Positions 24,939 to 39,886 of a stretch of 64,000 nucleotides of DNA are shown in pieces. Within the stretch, counting starts at the first letter, position 1, and every line of letters begins with the position of its first letter. The stretch comes from Lingula anatina (Eukaryota > Animalia > Brachiopoda). The stretch covers positions 9,734,001 to 9,798,000 of the forward strand of contig CM120649.1 in assembly GCA_051362555.1 (NCBI GenBank). Direction: 5' to 3'. The notes below the pieces were generated by a model, which was not told the origin of the DNA, made no database searches, and saw nothing but the letters and a program-made list of their open reading frames with translations. The translations under genes and the position numbers were made by a program.

Positions 24939-25649
24939 GGTGGATGGAAAGTGACTTCTGAGTCCAGAGGCAGAGACAGGGCATTTTATAGCATCAGCTG
25001 CCCATTGTCTCTCCCAGGTGTGCAGGAAAGCAGGATACATGACAACAAAAGGTATGAACAATGATTGGAAGTGGAGTTTCCTGTAAACAGCAAACTGCAT
25101 GGCCCCAGTGCAGGAGGGGGGTCCCCAGCTTAGCAAGTGAGTATTGTTCTGCAGGGAGGGACAGGAAACATGATTTCCTGTTTCCTCACAAGACACACAA
25201 ACAAACATAAACAACAGTTGTGACAATTAACCTTGCACTTGAGTTTAAGTAATTTTTAAATATTTTAAAATCTTTTTATTAGTAATTTTCCACTTTTTAC
25301 ACTTTATTTCTCAGCAAAGTGCACTTAAACCAGTCTCAACTGGTTAAGATGCTTATCTCAAATTATCTCACATGTCCAGTATCAGGTGTCAAAATTTCAA
25401 AACAATTGAAACAAATTCAAGCACAGAAATTTGCATTTAACTTTTTATCACTCATGAAATTTTGCTTTCTCACCAGGTGCAATATTGGCTAAAGTGGCCC
25501 ATACAGCAACCACATTTTCAACTTGACAGGGCTCAGTCATCAAGAGACCGTTCTCAGTCATATTGGGCGGAGCAGTTGGCATTGCAATAAGGTTATAATT
25601 TTTGGTGTCAGAAGGTAAGAACAGGGGGGTGGGTGGTGGTTTGTGTGAA

Positions 25650-26110
25650 GGGCAGAAACCACTAAATCAGCCTATCAGCACCTGTTATAGACGAATTTAG
25701 TTCAGTGAGAGAAAATTAGTGCTTTTTTTCCATTTTTTTCCTGGCATTTCTTGTGTGTTGCTAGGGTTAATTTTGGTATCAACTAGCAGGCTAGGGTGTA
25801 TACTACTGCCAGTTTTTTTTTCAGGACCAGGCTCAGGTGCGGTGCAGTCGTGAGACCTCTGGCGGAGGGGGCTACTGACTGTGAGTGGTGCAGTGGTTTG
25901 TTTACAAACAGAGGGGTGCAAATGTTCAAATGATGCCGGTAAGCAAGAAAGTCTGATATGACAGTATATTTTTTTGCCATTGGGAGTTATGTCAGTGTGT
26001 CTACTGTCCATGGGGATGGGAAATGTTTCACAGAGTAATTTTGTTCATGCAGTATTGAAGGCATTTCTTAGTATGGTCGTCAATGGGAAATTATTTGGTG
26101 GTTTCTGCCC
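25650..26110. repeat. LTDR 2
   Basis: Same TIRs and TGAA flanks; variant B. Confidence 0.88.
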
Positions 26111-26210
26111 TGAACAGGAAAAGTGACAACTGTTCACTTTTGGCTCAGTTTCTAAATTTAGAGCAGCACAGGATATAAAAGGGTGGTCTTGCATCATTTC
26201 ACAGACAAAA

Positions 26211-26576
26211 ATGGCTAATCAGCAATTATTTGAAGAATTGAGAGAGAAATAACATGCAAAATTGCATAACACACAGGAGGGATAGTGTTGGCTTTGGACT
26301 GGGGGCACCAGTTGTTCCAGTGGGGTCCGTTATGGGAAGATGAGGGTTACTTTTGCTGGGGCCAGACACTCTGTTACTGTTGGAGTGCACAGGGTGGTAT
26401 TTATGCTTAAGGAGAGGGTTTTACTCATTCCGAGAGGGACAGAAGTACATGTATCTCACCTGTGTGGAGTCACAGCAGAGCCTCACGGAATCAACAATAA
26501 CAGATTACATTGTCATACTGTGGGCAGGTGCCTCGGACACGGACAGGGGCCAAATTGTGTATATGATAATTATTAA
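26211..26576 (+). pseudogene. His-Me finger nuclease, copy 2
   Basis: Same as copy 1, offset +3737. Confidence 0.8.
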
Positions 26577-26753
26577 TATTATTGTTATTATTATAATGAT
26601 AATTCCGAGAGGGATTAAATTTACATTTACTTAGTTTATAGATTTCTCAATTATATTTCTAAGTTTTAAGACTAGAAGAAAGACCAACAAACTTTTTTTA
26701 TATTTCACAACCAGTTTATTGCAGAGTAGTATCTTGAAATTATACATTTTCTT

Positions 26754-28675
26754 TTAATTGCTTGCTCTCTTTGAATAGCTGTGATCAGGAAATACAAGTT
26801 TTGGCATAGATATGCATCTTCTGTAGTCATTATTACTTTTCAATGCTTTAGATCTGTCATATCTTCTGTAACGGCTAAGGATTCTCCATCTAGCTCTTAA
26901 CTTAAATGCAACTGTCTTTTTGTGATTTATTCTCATTTTCATCTGTTTTTCATCTTTCTCTAGATATTTAACAACTGAAGAAGTGGGCCTAACACCAACA
27001 GAGGCCATTTTACTCAAAGTGGATTGCTTAAGTCAATTATTCCTCAAGTGAACTGCACTGTGAATCCTGCCTTCGAAGTTCCGCGAAAAGGTGACAGCTT
27101 TATTATTAGTTTTCTGAAATATCCTGTTTAAAGACTCCACTTTTTGTGTGTTGGTATTAAGTTTTGTTGATTCAATGGCCCTTGGGCCCAGTCTATAATT
27201 TAGGCACTGTCTTAAGATGTGCATATCTTCAGAGTTGCTAAAGTCTAGTTTGCCTTTCTCAGGGAAAATAGTTTCCGAGCCACCTTTGCATACATAAGAA
27301 TACTTCAAACAATTTTCACAATCACCAGTGTAACAACTAATTATAGAGTCAGTGACATAGCTCAGTGCTCTTTTAATCAATTCTATGTCACCTTTATTTG
27401 CTTTAAAGCAGGCATCAAATTCAGCATAGCAGCGCATTGCTATGCACTGAGCAAAGCGTTTTTGCATTTTGTCTCTTGAGTACTTAGTTTTCCCTGGAAA
27501 AACTTGACCGGAAAATGGTGCTTTTTCAATTTGCTTTTTCAGAGCTTAAGTGAAGTGGCGCGTGTCCCGAAGACTTTCGACATCATCACATACAGAGTGG
27601 GCTTGGCTATCCCCATCAGTGGTTAAGGCACCAACTGTGACCTCTCCAGAAATTTCCTCAAGAATCTGCTGCATGGCACGTTTCTCATCTCCAATGCTGT
27701 CGTCTTCTCGCAGATTGGCCGTGCAGATACCACTGTGCTCTGGACAGGATACATCTTCCCCTCTACTTCTCAGCAGGTGAGCTTTGTGGCATAACTTGTT
27801 TCCGGTGTAAACACCAATGATGTCTTTTTTGCTGGTTACATTTTCCGCAACAGTGTATACAGTCTGAGTGGCTGGCTGGTATGGTGTTTTGTTCCCTCCA
27901 CTGAAAAGACTATTATTATATCTGCCATCTCCTTCCACTGCTATGGGCTGTCCTTCACACCCTCTCAGATCTTGAATGCGGCGTAGATTCTCACGGCGCT
28001 GTTGCATGTCAGCTTTGTTTAGCTTGGTTATGGCAGCACCGACTTTATTTGCTTGCTTTTGCATGGATGATGCACTGGGCGGGGTCACATTGGTCGCCAT
28101 TAGAATCTGCCTCATGGCCGTGTTGGAGATCATGTTTTGTGACAGGCCTACTTGCAAGCCTGCATTCACCGTTGCTGCTCTCCTGCCACACTGCTTGCTC
28201 TCGACTTCATTGTACAATTTCTGTTTCCCTGTCCTGTACTGACATGTGTCACATTTAATCCCATTGACCAAGCCACTCCCCACTTGCTCTCTGCCTCTCT
28301 GTCCCGAACCATTGAGCCAGTGCACTCAGCTGTATGCTCTGACAAGACTTTGTTGACCAGATTGACAAGTTTTTCTGGTGAAACCAACTTGTATTCATCA
28401 TCTGGGGGTTGGGGCTGGCTACTGGACACACTCTCTGACTGGGCCCTCCTAGGTCTGAGTATGACGGGTGCATCAGGGTTGCTGTTGAGGGTTGTGGGTG
28501 GCCCGACAGGGGGTGGAGAGGAGGCTGCCTGGTACAATTCTTGGCTGGGTCTGATGTATCTTCTCACAATAGGCTCTGGAGGCTGGTCAGACTGCTGACG
28601 TCCAGTGGAAAACTTGTTTCCCTTCACAAATACACTTTTTCTTCGTTTTTTCCAGCTACCTTTACCGTACGGCAT
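26754..28675 (-). pseudogene. DDD/E transposase, copy 2
   Basis: Same lesions as copy 1; one V>A change. Confidence 0.85.
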
Positions 28676-29386
28676 GGTGGATGGAAAGTGACTTCTGAGT
28701 CCAGAGGCAGAGACAGGGCATTTTATAGCATCAGCTGCCCATTGTCTCTCCCAGGTGTGCAGGAAAGCAGGATACATGACAACAAAAGGTATGAACAATG
28801 ATTGGAAGTGGAGTTTCCTGTAAACAGCAAACTGCATGGCCCCAGTGCAGGAGGGGGGTCCCCAGCTTAGCAAGTGAGTATTGTTCTGCAGGGAGGGACA
28901 GGAAACATGATTTCCTGTTTCCTCACAAGACACACAAACAAACATAAACAACAGTTGTGACAATTAACCTTGCACTTGAGTTTAAGTAATTTTTAAATAT
29001 TTTAAAATCTTTTTATTAGTAATTTTCCACTTTTTACACTTTATTTCTCAGCAAAGTGCACTTAAACCAGTCTCAACTGGTTAAGATGCTTATCTCAAAT
29101 TATCTCACATGTCCAGTATCAGGTGTCAAAATTTCAAAACAATTGAAACAAATTCAAGCACAGAAATTTGCATTTAACTTTTTATCACTCATGAAATTTT
29201 GCTTTCTCACCAGGTGCAATATTGGCTAAAGTGGCCCATACAGCAACCACATTTTCAACTTGACAGGGCTCAGTCATCAAGAGACCGTTCTCAGTCATAT
29301 TGGGCGGAGCAGTTGGCATTGCAATAAGGTTATAATTTTTGGTGTCAGAAGGTAAGAACAGGGGGGTGGGTGGTGGTTTGTGTGAA

Positions 29387-29847
29387 GGGCAGAAACCACT
29401 AAATCAGCCTATCAGCACCTGTTATAGACGAATGTAGTTCAGTGAGAGAAAATTAGTGCTTTTTTCCATTTTTTTTCCTGGCATTTCTTGTGTGTTGCTA
29501 GGGTTAATTTTGGTATCAACTAGCAGGCTAGGGTGTATACTACTGCCAGTTTTTTTTTCAGGACCAGGCTCAGGTGCGGTGCAGTCGTGAGACCTCTGGC
29601 GGAGGGGGCTACTGACTGTGAGTGGTGCAGTGGTTTGTTTACAAACAGAGGGGTGCAAATGTTCAAATGATGCCGGTAAGCAAGAAAGTCTGATATGACA
29701 GTATATTTTTTTGCCATTGGGAGTTATGTCAGTGTGTCTACTGTCCATGGGGATGGGAAATGTTTCACAGAGTAATTTTGTTCATGCAGTATTGAAGGCA
29801 TTTCTTAGTATGGTCGTCAATGGGAAATTATTTGGTGGTTTCTGCCC
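29387..29847. repeat. LTDR 3
   Basis: Same TIRs; variant A. Confidence 0.88.
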
Positions 29848-29947
29848 TGAACAGGAAAAGTGACAACTGTTCACTTTTGGCTCAGTTTCTAAATTTAGAG
29901 CAGCACAGGATATAAAAGGGTGGTCTTGCATCATTTCACAGACAAAA

Positions 29948-30313
29948 ATGGCTAATCAGCAATTATTTGAAGAATTGAGAGAGAAATAACATGCAAAATT
30001 GCATAACACACAGGAGGGATAGTGTTGGCTTTGGACTGGGGGCACCAGTTGTTCCAGTGGGGTCCGTTATGGGAAGATGAGGGTTACTTTTGCTGGGGCC
30101 AGACACTCTGTTACTGTTGGAGTGCACAGGGTGGTATTTATGCTTAAGGAGAGGGTTTTACTCATTCCGAGAGGGACAGAAGTACATGTATCTCACCTGT
30201 GTGGAGTCACAGCAGAGCCTCACGGAATCAACAATAACAGATTACATTGTCATACTGTGGGCAGGTGCCTCGGACACGGACAGGGGCCAAATTGTGTATA
30301 TGATAATTATTAA
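29948..30313 (+). pseudogene. His-Me finger nuclease, copy 3
   Basis: Same as copy 1. Confidence 0.8.
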
Positions 30314-30490
30314 TATTATTGTTATTATTATAATGATAATTCCGAGAGGGATTAAATTTACATTTACTTAGTTTATAGATTTCTCAATTATATTTCTAAG
30401 TTTTAAGACTAGAAGAAAGACCAACAAACTTTTTTTATATTTCACAACCAGTTTATTGCAGAGTAGTATCTTGAAATTATACATTTTCTT

Positions 30491-32412
30491 TTAATTGCTT
30501 GCTCTCTTTGAATAGCTGTGATCAGGAAATACAAGTTTTGGCATAGATATGCATCTTCTGTAGTCATTATTACTTTTCAATGCTTTAGATCTGTCATATC
30601 TTCTGTAACGGCTAAGGATTCTCCATCTAGCTCTTAACTTAAATGCAACTGTCTTTTTGTGATTTATTCTCATTTTCATCTGTTTTTCATCTTTCTCTAG
30701 ATATTTAACAACTGAAGAAGTGGGCCTAACACCAACAGAGGCCATTTTACTCAAAGTGGATTGCTTAAGTCAATTATTCCTCAAGTGAACTGCACTGTGA
30801 ATCCTGCCTTCGAAGTTCCGCGAAAAGGTGACAACTTTATTATTAGTTTTCTGAAATATCCTGTTTAAAGACTCCACTTTTTGTGTGTTGGTATTAAGTT
30901 TTGTTGATTCAATGGCCCTTGGGCCCAGTCTATAATTTAGGCACTGTCTTAAGATGTGCATATCTTCAGAGTTGCTAAAGTCTAGTTTGCCTTTCTCAGG
31001 GAAAATAGTTTCCGAGCCACCTTTGCATACATAAGAATACTTCAAACAATTTTCACAATCACCAGTGTAACAACTAATTATAGAGTCAGTGACATAGCTC
31101 AGTGCTCTTTTAATCAATTCTATGTCACCTTTATTTGCTTTAAAGCAGGCATCAAATTCAGCATAGCAGCGCATTGCTATGCACTGAGCAAAGCGTTTTT
31201 GCATTTTGTCTCTTGAGTACTTAGTTTTCCCTGGAAAAACTTGACCGGAAAATGGTGCTTTTTCAATTTGCTTTTTCAGAGCTTAAGTGAAGTGGCGCGT
31301 GTCCCGAAGACTTTCGACATCATCACATACAGAGTGGGCTTGGCTATCCCCATCAGTGGTTAAGGCACCAACTGTGACCTCTCCAGAAATTTCCTCAAGA
31401 ATCTGCTGCATGGCACGTTTCTCATCTCCAATGCTGTCGTCTTCTCGCAGATTGGCCGTGCAGATACCACTGTGCTCTGGACAGGATACATCTTCCCCTC
31501 TACTTCTCAGCAGGTGAGCTTTGTGGCATAACTTGTTTCCGGTGTAAACACCAATGATGTCTTTTTTGCTGGTTACATTTTCCGCAACAGTGTATACAGT
31601 CTGAGTGGCTGGCTGGTATGGTGTTTTGTTCCCTCCACTGAAAAGACTATTATTATATCTGCCATCTCCTTCCACTGCTATGGGCTGTCCTTCACACCCT
31701 CTCAGATCTTGAATGCGGCGTAGATTCTCACGGCGCTGTTGCATGTCAGCTTTGTTTAGCTTGGTTATGGCAGCACCGACTTTATTTGCTTGCTTTTGCA
31801 TGGATGATGCACTGGGCGGGGTCACATTGGTCGCCATTAGAATCTGCCTCATGGCCGTGTTGGAGATCATGTTTTGTGACAGGCCTACTTGCAAGCCTGC
31901 ATTCACCGTTGCTGCTCTCCTGCCACACTGCTTGCTCTCGACTTCATTGTACAATTTCTGTTTCCCTGTCCTGTACTGACATGTGTCACATTTAATCCCA
32001 TTGACCAAGCCACTCCCCACTTGCTCTCTGCCTCTCTGTCCCGAACCATTGAGCCAGTGCACTCAGCTGTATGCTCTGACAAGACTTTGTTGACCAGATT
32101 GACAAGTTTTTCTGGTGAAACCAACTTGTATTCATCATCTGGGGGTTGGGGCTGGCTACTGGACACACTCTCTGACTGGGCCCTCCTAGGTCTGAGTATG
32201 ACGGGTGCATCAGGGTTGCTGTTGAGGGTTGTGGGTGGCCCGACAGGGGGTGGAGAGGAGGCTGCCTGGTACAATTCTTGGCTGGGTCTGATGTATCTTC
32301 TCACAATAGGCTCTGGAGGCTGGTCAGACTGCTGACGTCCAGTGGAAAACTTGTTTCCCTTCACAAATACACTTTTTCTTCGTTTTTTCCAGCTACCTTT
32401 ACCGTACGGCAT
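30491..32412 (-). pseudogene. DDD/E transposase, copy 3
   Basis: Same lesions as copy 1. Confidence 0.85.
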
Positions 32413-33123
32413 GGTGGATGGAAAGTGACTTCTGAGTCCAGAGGCAGAGACAGGGCATTTTATAGCATCAGCTGCCCATTGTCTCTCCCAGGTGTGCAGG
32501 AAAGCAGGATACATGACAACAAAAGGTATGAACAATGATTGGAAGTGGAGTTTCCTGTAAACAGCAAACTGCATGGCCCCAGTGCAGGAGGGGGGTCCCC
32601 AGCTTAGCAAGTGAGTATTGTTCTGCAGGGAGGGACAGGAAACATGATTTCCTGTTTCCTCACAAGACACACAAACAAACATAAACAACAGTTGTGACAA
32701 TTAACCTTGCACTTGAGTTTAAGTAATTTTTAAATATTTTAAAATCTTTTTATTAGTAATTTTCCACTTTTTACACTTTATTTCTCAGCAAAGTGCACTT
32801 AAACCAGTCTCAACTGGTTAAGATGCTTATCTCAAATTATCTCACATGTCCAGTATCAGGTGTCAAAATTTCAAAACAATTGAAACAAATTCAAGCACAG
32901 AAATTTGCATTTAACTTTTTATCACTCATGAAATTTTGCTTTCTCACCAGGTGCAATATTGGCTAAAGTGGCCCATACAGCAACCACATTTTCAACTTGA
33001 CAGGGCTCAGTCATCAAGAGACCGTTCTCAGTCATATTGGGCGGAGCAGTTGGCATTGCAATAAGGTTATAATTTTTGGTGTCAGAAGGTAAGAACAGGG
33101 GGGTGGGTGGTGGTTTGTGTGAA

Positions 33124-33584
33124 GGGCAGAAACCACTAAATCAGCCTATCAGCACCTGTTATAGACGAATTTAGTTCAGTGAGAGAAAATTAGTGCTTTT
33201 TTTCCATTTTTTTCCTGGCATTTCTTGTGTGTTGCTAGGGTTAATTTTGGTATCAACTAGCAGGCTAGGGTGTATACTACTGCCAGTTTTTTTTTCAGGA
33301 CCAGGCTCAGGTGCGGTGCAGTCGTGAGACCTCTGGCGGAGGGGGCTACTGACTGTGAGTGGTGCAGTGGTTTGTTTACAAACAGAGGGGTGCAAATGTT
33401 CAAATGATGCCGGTAAGCAAGAAAGTCTGATATGACAGTATATTTTTTTGCCATTGGGAGTTATGTCAGTGTGTCTACTGTCCATGGGGATGGGAAATGT
33501 TTCACAGAGTAATTTTGTTCATGCAGTATTGAAGGCATTTCTTAGTATGGTCGTCAATGGGAAATTATTTGGTGGTTTCTGCCC
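33124..33584. repeat. LTDR 4
   Basis: Same TIRs; variant B. Confidence 0.88.
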
Positions 33585-33684
33585 TGAACAGGAAAAGTGA
33601 CAACTGTTCACTTTTGGCTCAGTTTCTAAATTTAGAGCAGCACAGGATATAAAAGGGTGGTCTTGCATCATTTCACAGACAAAA

Positions 33685-34050
33685 ATGGCTAATCAGCAAT
33701 TATTTGAAGAATTGAGAGAGAAATAACATGCAAAATTGCATAACACACAGGAGGGATAGTGTTGGCTTTGGACTGGGGGCACCAGTTGTTCCAGTGGGGT
33801 CCGTTATGGGAAGATGAGGGTTACTTTTGCTGGGGCCAGACACTCTGTTACTGTTGGAGTGCACAGGGTGGTATTTATGCTTAAGGAGAGGGTTTTACTC
33901 ATTCCGAGAGGGACAGAAGTACATGTATCTCACCTGTGTGGAGTCACAGCAGAGCCTCACGGAATCAACAATAACAGATTACATTGTCATACTGTGGGCA
34001 GGTGCCTCGGACACGGACAGGGGCCAAATTGTGTATATGATAATTATTAA
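33685..34050 (+). pseudogene. His-Me finger nuclease, copy 4
   Basis: Same as copy 1. Confidence 0.8.
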
Positions 34051-34227
34051 TATTATTGTTATTATTATAATGATAATTCCGAGAGGGATTAAATTTACAT
34101 TTACTTAGTTTATAGATTTCTCAATTATATTTCTAAGTTTTAAGACTAGAAGAAAGACCAACAAACTTTTTTTATATTTCACAACCAGTTTATTGCAGAG
34201 TAGTATCTTGAAATTATACATTTTCTT

Positions 34228-36149
34228 TTAATTGCTTGCTCTCTTTGAATAGCTGTGATCAGGAAATACAAGTTTTGGCATAGATATGCATCTTCTGTAG
34301 TCATTATTACTTTTCAATGCTTTAGATCTGTCATATCTTCTGTAACGGCTAAGGATTCTCCATCTAGCTCTTAACTTAAATGCAACTGTCTTTTTGTGAT
34401 TTATTCTCATTTTCATCTGTTTTTCATCTTTCTCTAGATATTTAACAACTGAAGAAGTGGGCCTAACACCAACAGAGGCCATTTTACTCAAAGTGGATTG
34501 CTTAAGTCAATTATTCCTCAAGTGAACTGCACTGTGAATCCTGCCTTCGAAGTTCCGCGAAAAGGTGACAACTTTATTATTAGTTTTCTGAAATATCCTG
34601 TTTAAAGACTCCACTTTTTGTGTGTTGGTATTAAGTTTTGTTGATTCAATGGCCCTTGGGCCCAGTCTATAATTTAGGCACTGTCTTAAGATGTGCATAT
34701 CTTCAGAGTTGCTAAAGTCTAGTTTGCCTTTCTCAGGGAAAATAGTTTCCGAGCCACCTTTGCATACATAAGAATACTTCAAACAATTTTCACAATCACC
34801 AGTGTAACAACTAATTATAGAGTCAGTGACATAGCTCAGTGCTCTTTTAATCAATTCTATGTCACCTTTATTTGCTTTAAAGCAGGCATCAAATTCAGCA
34901 TAGCAGCGCATTGCTATGCACTGAGCAAAGCGTTTTTGCATTTTGTCTCTTGAGTACTTAGTTTTCCCTGGAAAAACTTGACCGGAAAATGGTGCTTTTT
35001 CAATTTGCTTTTTCAGAGCTTAAGTGAAGTGGCGCGTGTCCCGAAGACTTTCGACATCATCACATACAGAGTGGGCTTGGCTATCCCCATCAGTGGTTAA
35101 GGCACCAACTGTGACCTCTCCAGAAATTTCCTCAAGAATCTGCTGCATGGCACGTTTCTCATCTCCAATGCTGTCGTCTTCTCGCAGATTGGCCGTGCAG
35201 ATACCACTGTGCTCTGGACAGGATACATCTTCCCCTCTACTTCTCAGCAGGTGAGCTTTGTGGCATAACTTGTTTCCGGTGTAAACACCAATGATGTCTT
35301 TTTTGCTGGTTACATTTTCCGCAACAGTGTATACAGTCTGAGTGGCTGGCTGGTATGGTGTTTTGTTCCCTCCACTGAAAAGACTATTATTATATCTGCC
35401 ATCTCCTTCCACTGCTATGGGCTGTCCTTCACACCCTCTCAGATCTTGAATGCGGCGTAGATTCTCACGGCGCTGTTGCATGTCAGCTTTGTTTAGCTTG
35501 GTTATGGCAGCACCGACTTTATTTGCTTGCTTTTGCATGGATGATGCACTGGGCGGGGTCACATTGGTCGCCATTAGAATCTGCCTCATGGCCGTGTTGG
35601 AGATCATGTTTTGTGACAGGCCTACTTGCAAGCCTGCATTCACCGTTGCTGCTCTCCTGCCACACTGCTTGCTCTCGACTTCATTGTACAATTTCTGTTT
35701 CCCTGTCCTGTACTGACATGTGTCACATTTAATCCCATTGACCAAGCCACTCCCCACTTGCTCTCTGCCTCTCTGTCCCGAACCATTGAGCCAGTGCACT
35801 CAGCTGTATGCTCTGACAAGACTTTGTTGACCAGATTGACAAGTTTTTCTGGTGAAACCAACTTGTATTCATCATCTGGGGGTTGGGGCTGGCTACTGGA
35901 CACACTCTCTGACTGGGCCCTCCTAGGTCTGAGTATGACGGGTGCATCAGGGTTGCTGTTGAGGGTTGTGGGTGGCCCGACAGGGGGTGGAGAGGAGGCT
36001 GCCTGGTACAATTCTTGGCTGGGTCTGATGTATCTTCTCACAATAGGCTCTGGAGGCTGGTCAGACTGCTGACGTCCAGTGGAAAACTTGTTTCCCTTCA
36101 CAAATACACTTTTTCTTCGTTTTTTCCAGCTACCTTTACCGTACGGCAT
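34228..36149 (-). pseudogene. DDD/E transposase, copy 4
   Basis: Same lesions as copy 1. Confidence 0.85.
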
Positions 36150-36860
36150 GGTGGATGGAAAGTGACTTCTGAGTCCAGAGGCAGAGACAGGGCATTTTAT
36201 AGCATCAGCTGCCCATTGTCTCTCCCAGGTGTGCAGGAAAGCAGGATACATGACAACAAAAGGTATGAACAATGATTGGAAGTGGAGTTTCCTGTAAACA
36301 GCAAACTGCATGGCCCCAGTGCAGGAGGGGGGTCCCCAGCTTAGCAAGTGAGTATTGTTCTGCAGGGAGGGACAGGAAACATGATTTCCTGTTTCCTCAC
36401 AAGACACACAAACAAACATAAACAACAGTTGTGACAATTAACCTTGCACTTGAGTTTAAGTAATTTTTAAATATTTTAAAATCTTTTTATTAGTAATTTT
36501 CCACTTTTTACACTTTATTTCTCAGCAAAGTGCACTTAAACCAGTCTCAACTGGTTAAGATGCTTATCTCAAATTATCTCACATGTCCAGTATCAGGTGT
36601 CAAAATTTCAAAACAATTGAAACAAATTCAAGCACAGAAATTTGCATTTAACTTTTTATCACTCATGAAATTTTGCTTTCTCACCAGGTGCAATATTGGC
36701 TAAAGTGGCCCATACAGCAACCACATTTTCAACTTGACAGGGCTCAGTCATCAAGAGACCGTTCTCAGTCATATTGGGCGGAGCAGTTGGCATTGCAATA
36801 AGGTTATAATTTTTGGTGTCAGAAGGTAAGAACAGGGGGGTGGGTGGTGGTTTGTGTGAA

Positions 36861-37321
36861 GGGCAGAAACCACTAAATCAGCCTATCAGCACCTGTTATA
36901 GACGAATGTAGTTCAGTGAGAGAAAATTAGTGCTTTTTTCCATTTTTTTTCCTGGCATTTCTTGTGTGTTGCTAGGGTTAATTTTGGTATCAACTAGCAG
37001 GCTAGGGTGTATACTACTGCCAGTTTTTTTTTCAGGACCAGGCTCAGGTGCGGTGCAGTCGTGAGACCTCTGGCGGAGGGGGCTACTGACTGTGAGTGGT
37101 GCAGTGGTTTGTTTACAAACAGAGGGGTGCAAATGTTCAAATGATGCCGGTAAGCAAGAAAGTCTGATATGACAGTATATTTTTTTGCCATTGGGAGTTA
37201 TGTCAGTGTGTCTACTGTCCATGGGGATGGGAAATGTTTCACAGAGTAATTTTGTTCATGCAGTATTGAAGGCATTTCTTAGTATGGTCGTCAATGGGAA
37301 ATTATTTGGTGGTTTCTGCCC
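36861..37321. repeat. LTDR 5
   Basis: Same TIRs; variant A. Confidence 0.88.
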
Positions 37322-37421
37322 TGAACAGGAAAAGTGACAACTGTTCACTTTTGGCTCAGTTTCTAAATTTAGAGCAGCACAGGATATAAAAGGGTGGTCT
37401 TGCATCATTTCACAGACAAAA

Positions 37422-37787
37422 ATGGCTAATCAGCAATTATTTGAAGAATTGAGAGAGAAATAACATGCAAAATTGCATAACACACAGGAGGGATAGTGTT
37501 GGCTTTGGACTGGGGGCACCAGTTGTTCCAGTGGGGTCCGTTATGGGAAGATGAGGGTTACTTTTGCTGGGGCCAGACACTCTGTTACTGTTGGAGTGCA
37601 CAGGGTGGTATTTATGCTTAAGGAGAGGGTTTTACTCATTCCGAGAGGGACAGAAGTACATGTATCTCACCTGTGTGGAGTCACAGCAGAGCCTCACGGA
37701 ATCAACAATAACAGATTACATTGTCATACTGTGGGCAGGTGCCTCGGACACGGACAGGGGCCAAATTGTGTATATGATAATTATTAA
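37422..37787 (+). pseudogene. His-Me finger nuclease, copy 5
   Basis: Same as copy 1. Confidence 0.8.
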
Positions 37788-37964
37788 TATTATTGTTATT
37801 ATTATAATGATAATTCCGAGAGGGATTAAATTTACATTTACTTAGTTTATAGATTTCTCAATTATATTTCTAAGTTTTAAGACTAGAAGAAAGACCAACA
37901 AACTTTTTTTATATTTCACAACCAGTTTATTGCAGAGTAGTATCTTGAAATTATACATTTTCTT

Positions 37965-39886
37965 TTAATTGCTTGCTCTCTTTGAATAGCTGTGATCAGG
38001 AAATACAAGTTTTGGCATAGATATGCATCTTCTGTAGTCATTATTACTTTTCAATGCTTTAGATCTGTCATATCTTCTGTAACGGCTAAGGATTCTCCAT
38101 CTAGCTCTTAACTTAAATGCAACTGTCTTTTTGTGATTTATTCTCATTTTCATCTGTTTTTCATCTTTCTCTAGATATTTAACAACTGAAGAAGTGGGCC
38201 TAACACCAACAGAGGCCATTTTACTCAAAGTGGATTGCTTAAGTCAATTATTCCTCAAGTGAACTGCACTGTGAATCCTGCCTTCGAAGTTCCGCGAAAA
38301 GGTGACAACTTTATTATTAGTTTTCTGAAATATCCTGTTTAAAGACTCCACTTTTTGTGTGTTGGTATTAAGTTTTGTTGATTCAATGGCCCTTGGGCCC
38401 AGTCTATAATTTAGGCACTGTCTTAAGATGTGCATATCTTCAGAGTTGCTAAAGTCTAGTTTGCCTTTCTCAGGGAAAATAGTTTCCGAGCCACCTTTGC
38501 ATACATAAGAATACTTCAAACAATTTTCACAATCACCAGTGTAACAACTAATTATAGAGTCAGTGACATAGCTCAGTGCTCTTTTAATCAATTCTATGTC
38601 ACCTTTATTTGCTTTAAAGCAGGCATCAAATTCAGCATAGCAGCGCATTGCTATGCACTGAGCAAAGCGTTTTTGCATTTTGTCTCTTGAGTACTTAGTT
38701 TTCCCTGGAAAAACTTGACCGGAAAATGGTGCTTTTTCAATTTGCTTTTTCAGAGCTTAAGTGAAGTGGCGCGTGTCCCGAAGACTTTCGACATCATCAC
38801 ATACAGAGTGGGCTTGGCTATCCCCATCAGTGGTTAAGGCACCAACTGTGACCTCTCCAGAAATTTCCTCAAGAATCTGCTGCATGGCACGTTTCTCATC
38901 TCCAATGCTGTCGTCTTCTCGCAGATTGGCCGTGCAGATACCACTGTGCTCTGGACAGGATACATCTTCCCCTCTACTTCTCAGCAGGTGAGCTTTGTGG
39001 CATAACTTGTTTCCGGTGTAAACACCAATGATGTCTTTTTTGCTGGTTACATTTTCCGCAACAGTGTATACAGTCTGAGTGGCTGGCTGGTATGGTGTTT
39101 TGTTCCCTCCACTGAAAAGACTATTATTATATCTGCCATCTCCTTCCACTGCTATGGGCTGTCCTTCACACCCTCTCAGATCTTGAATGCGGCGTAGATT
39201 CTCACGGCGCTGTTGCATGTCAGCTTTGTTTAGCTTGGTTATGGCAGCACCGACTTTATTTGCTTGCTTTTGCATGGATGATGCACTGGGCGGGGTCACA
39301 TTGGTCGCCATTAGAATCTGCCTCATGGCCGTGTTGGAGATCATGTTTTGTGACAGGCCTACTTGCAAGCCTGCATTCACCGTTGCTGCTCTCCTGCCAC
39401 ACTGCTTGCTCTCGACTTCATTGTACAATTTCTGTTTCCCTGTCCTGTACTGACATGTGTCACATTTAATCCCATTGACCAAGCCACTCCCCACTTGCTC
39501 TCTGCCTCTCTGTCCCGAACCATTGAGCCAGTGCACTCAGCTGTATGCTCTGACAAGACTTTGTTGACCAGATTGACAAGTTTTTCTGGTGAAACCAACT
39601 TGTATTCATCATCTGGGGGTTGGGGCTGGCTACTGGACACACTCTCTGACTGGGCCCTCCTAGGTCTGAGTATGACGGGTGCATCAGGGTTGCTGTTGAG
39701 GGTTGTGGGTGGCCCGACAGGGGGTGGAGAGGAGGCTGCCTGGTACAATTCTTGGCTGGGTCTGATGTATCTTCTCACAATAGGCTCTGGAGGCTGGTCA
39801 GACTGCTGACGTCCAGTGGAAAACTTGTTTCCCTTCACAAATACACTTTTTCTTCGTTTTTTCCAGCTACCTTTACCGTACGGCAT
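37965..39886 (-). pseudogene. DDD/E transposase, copy 5
   Basis: Same lesions as copy 1. Confidence 0.85.

Noticed and set aside
23813-25064. Several + strand ORFs overlapping the transposase
   Set aside because: Antisense shadows of the transposase coding strand with no motifs.
24939-25226. 96-aa N-terminal extension of the transposase ORF
   Set aside because: Starts at a non-ATG codon and lies across a TATA-like box; ATG 24938 is the more plausible start.
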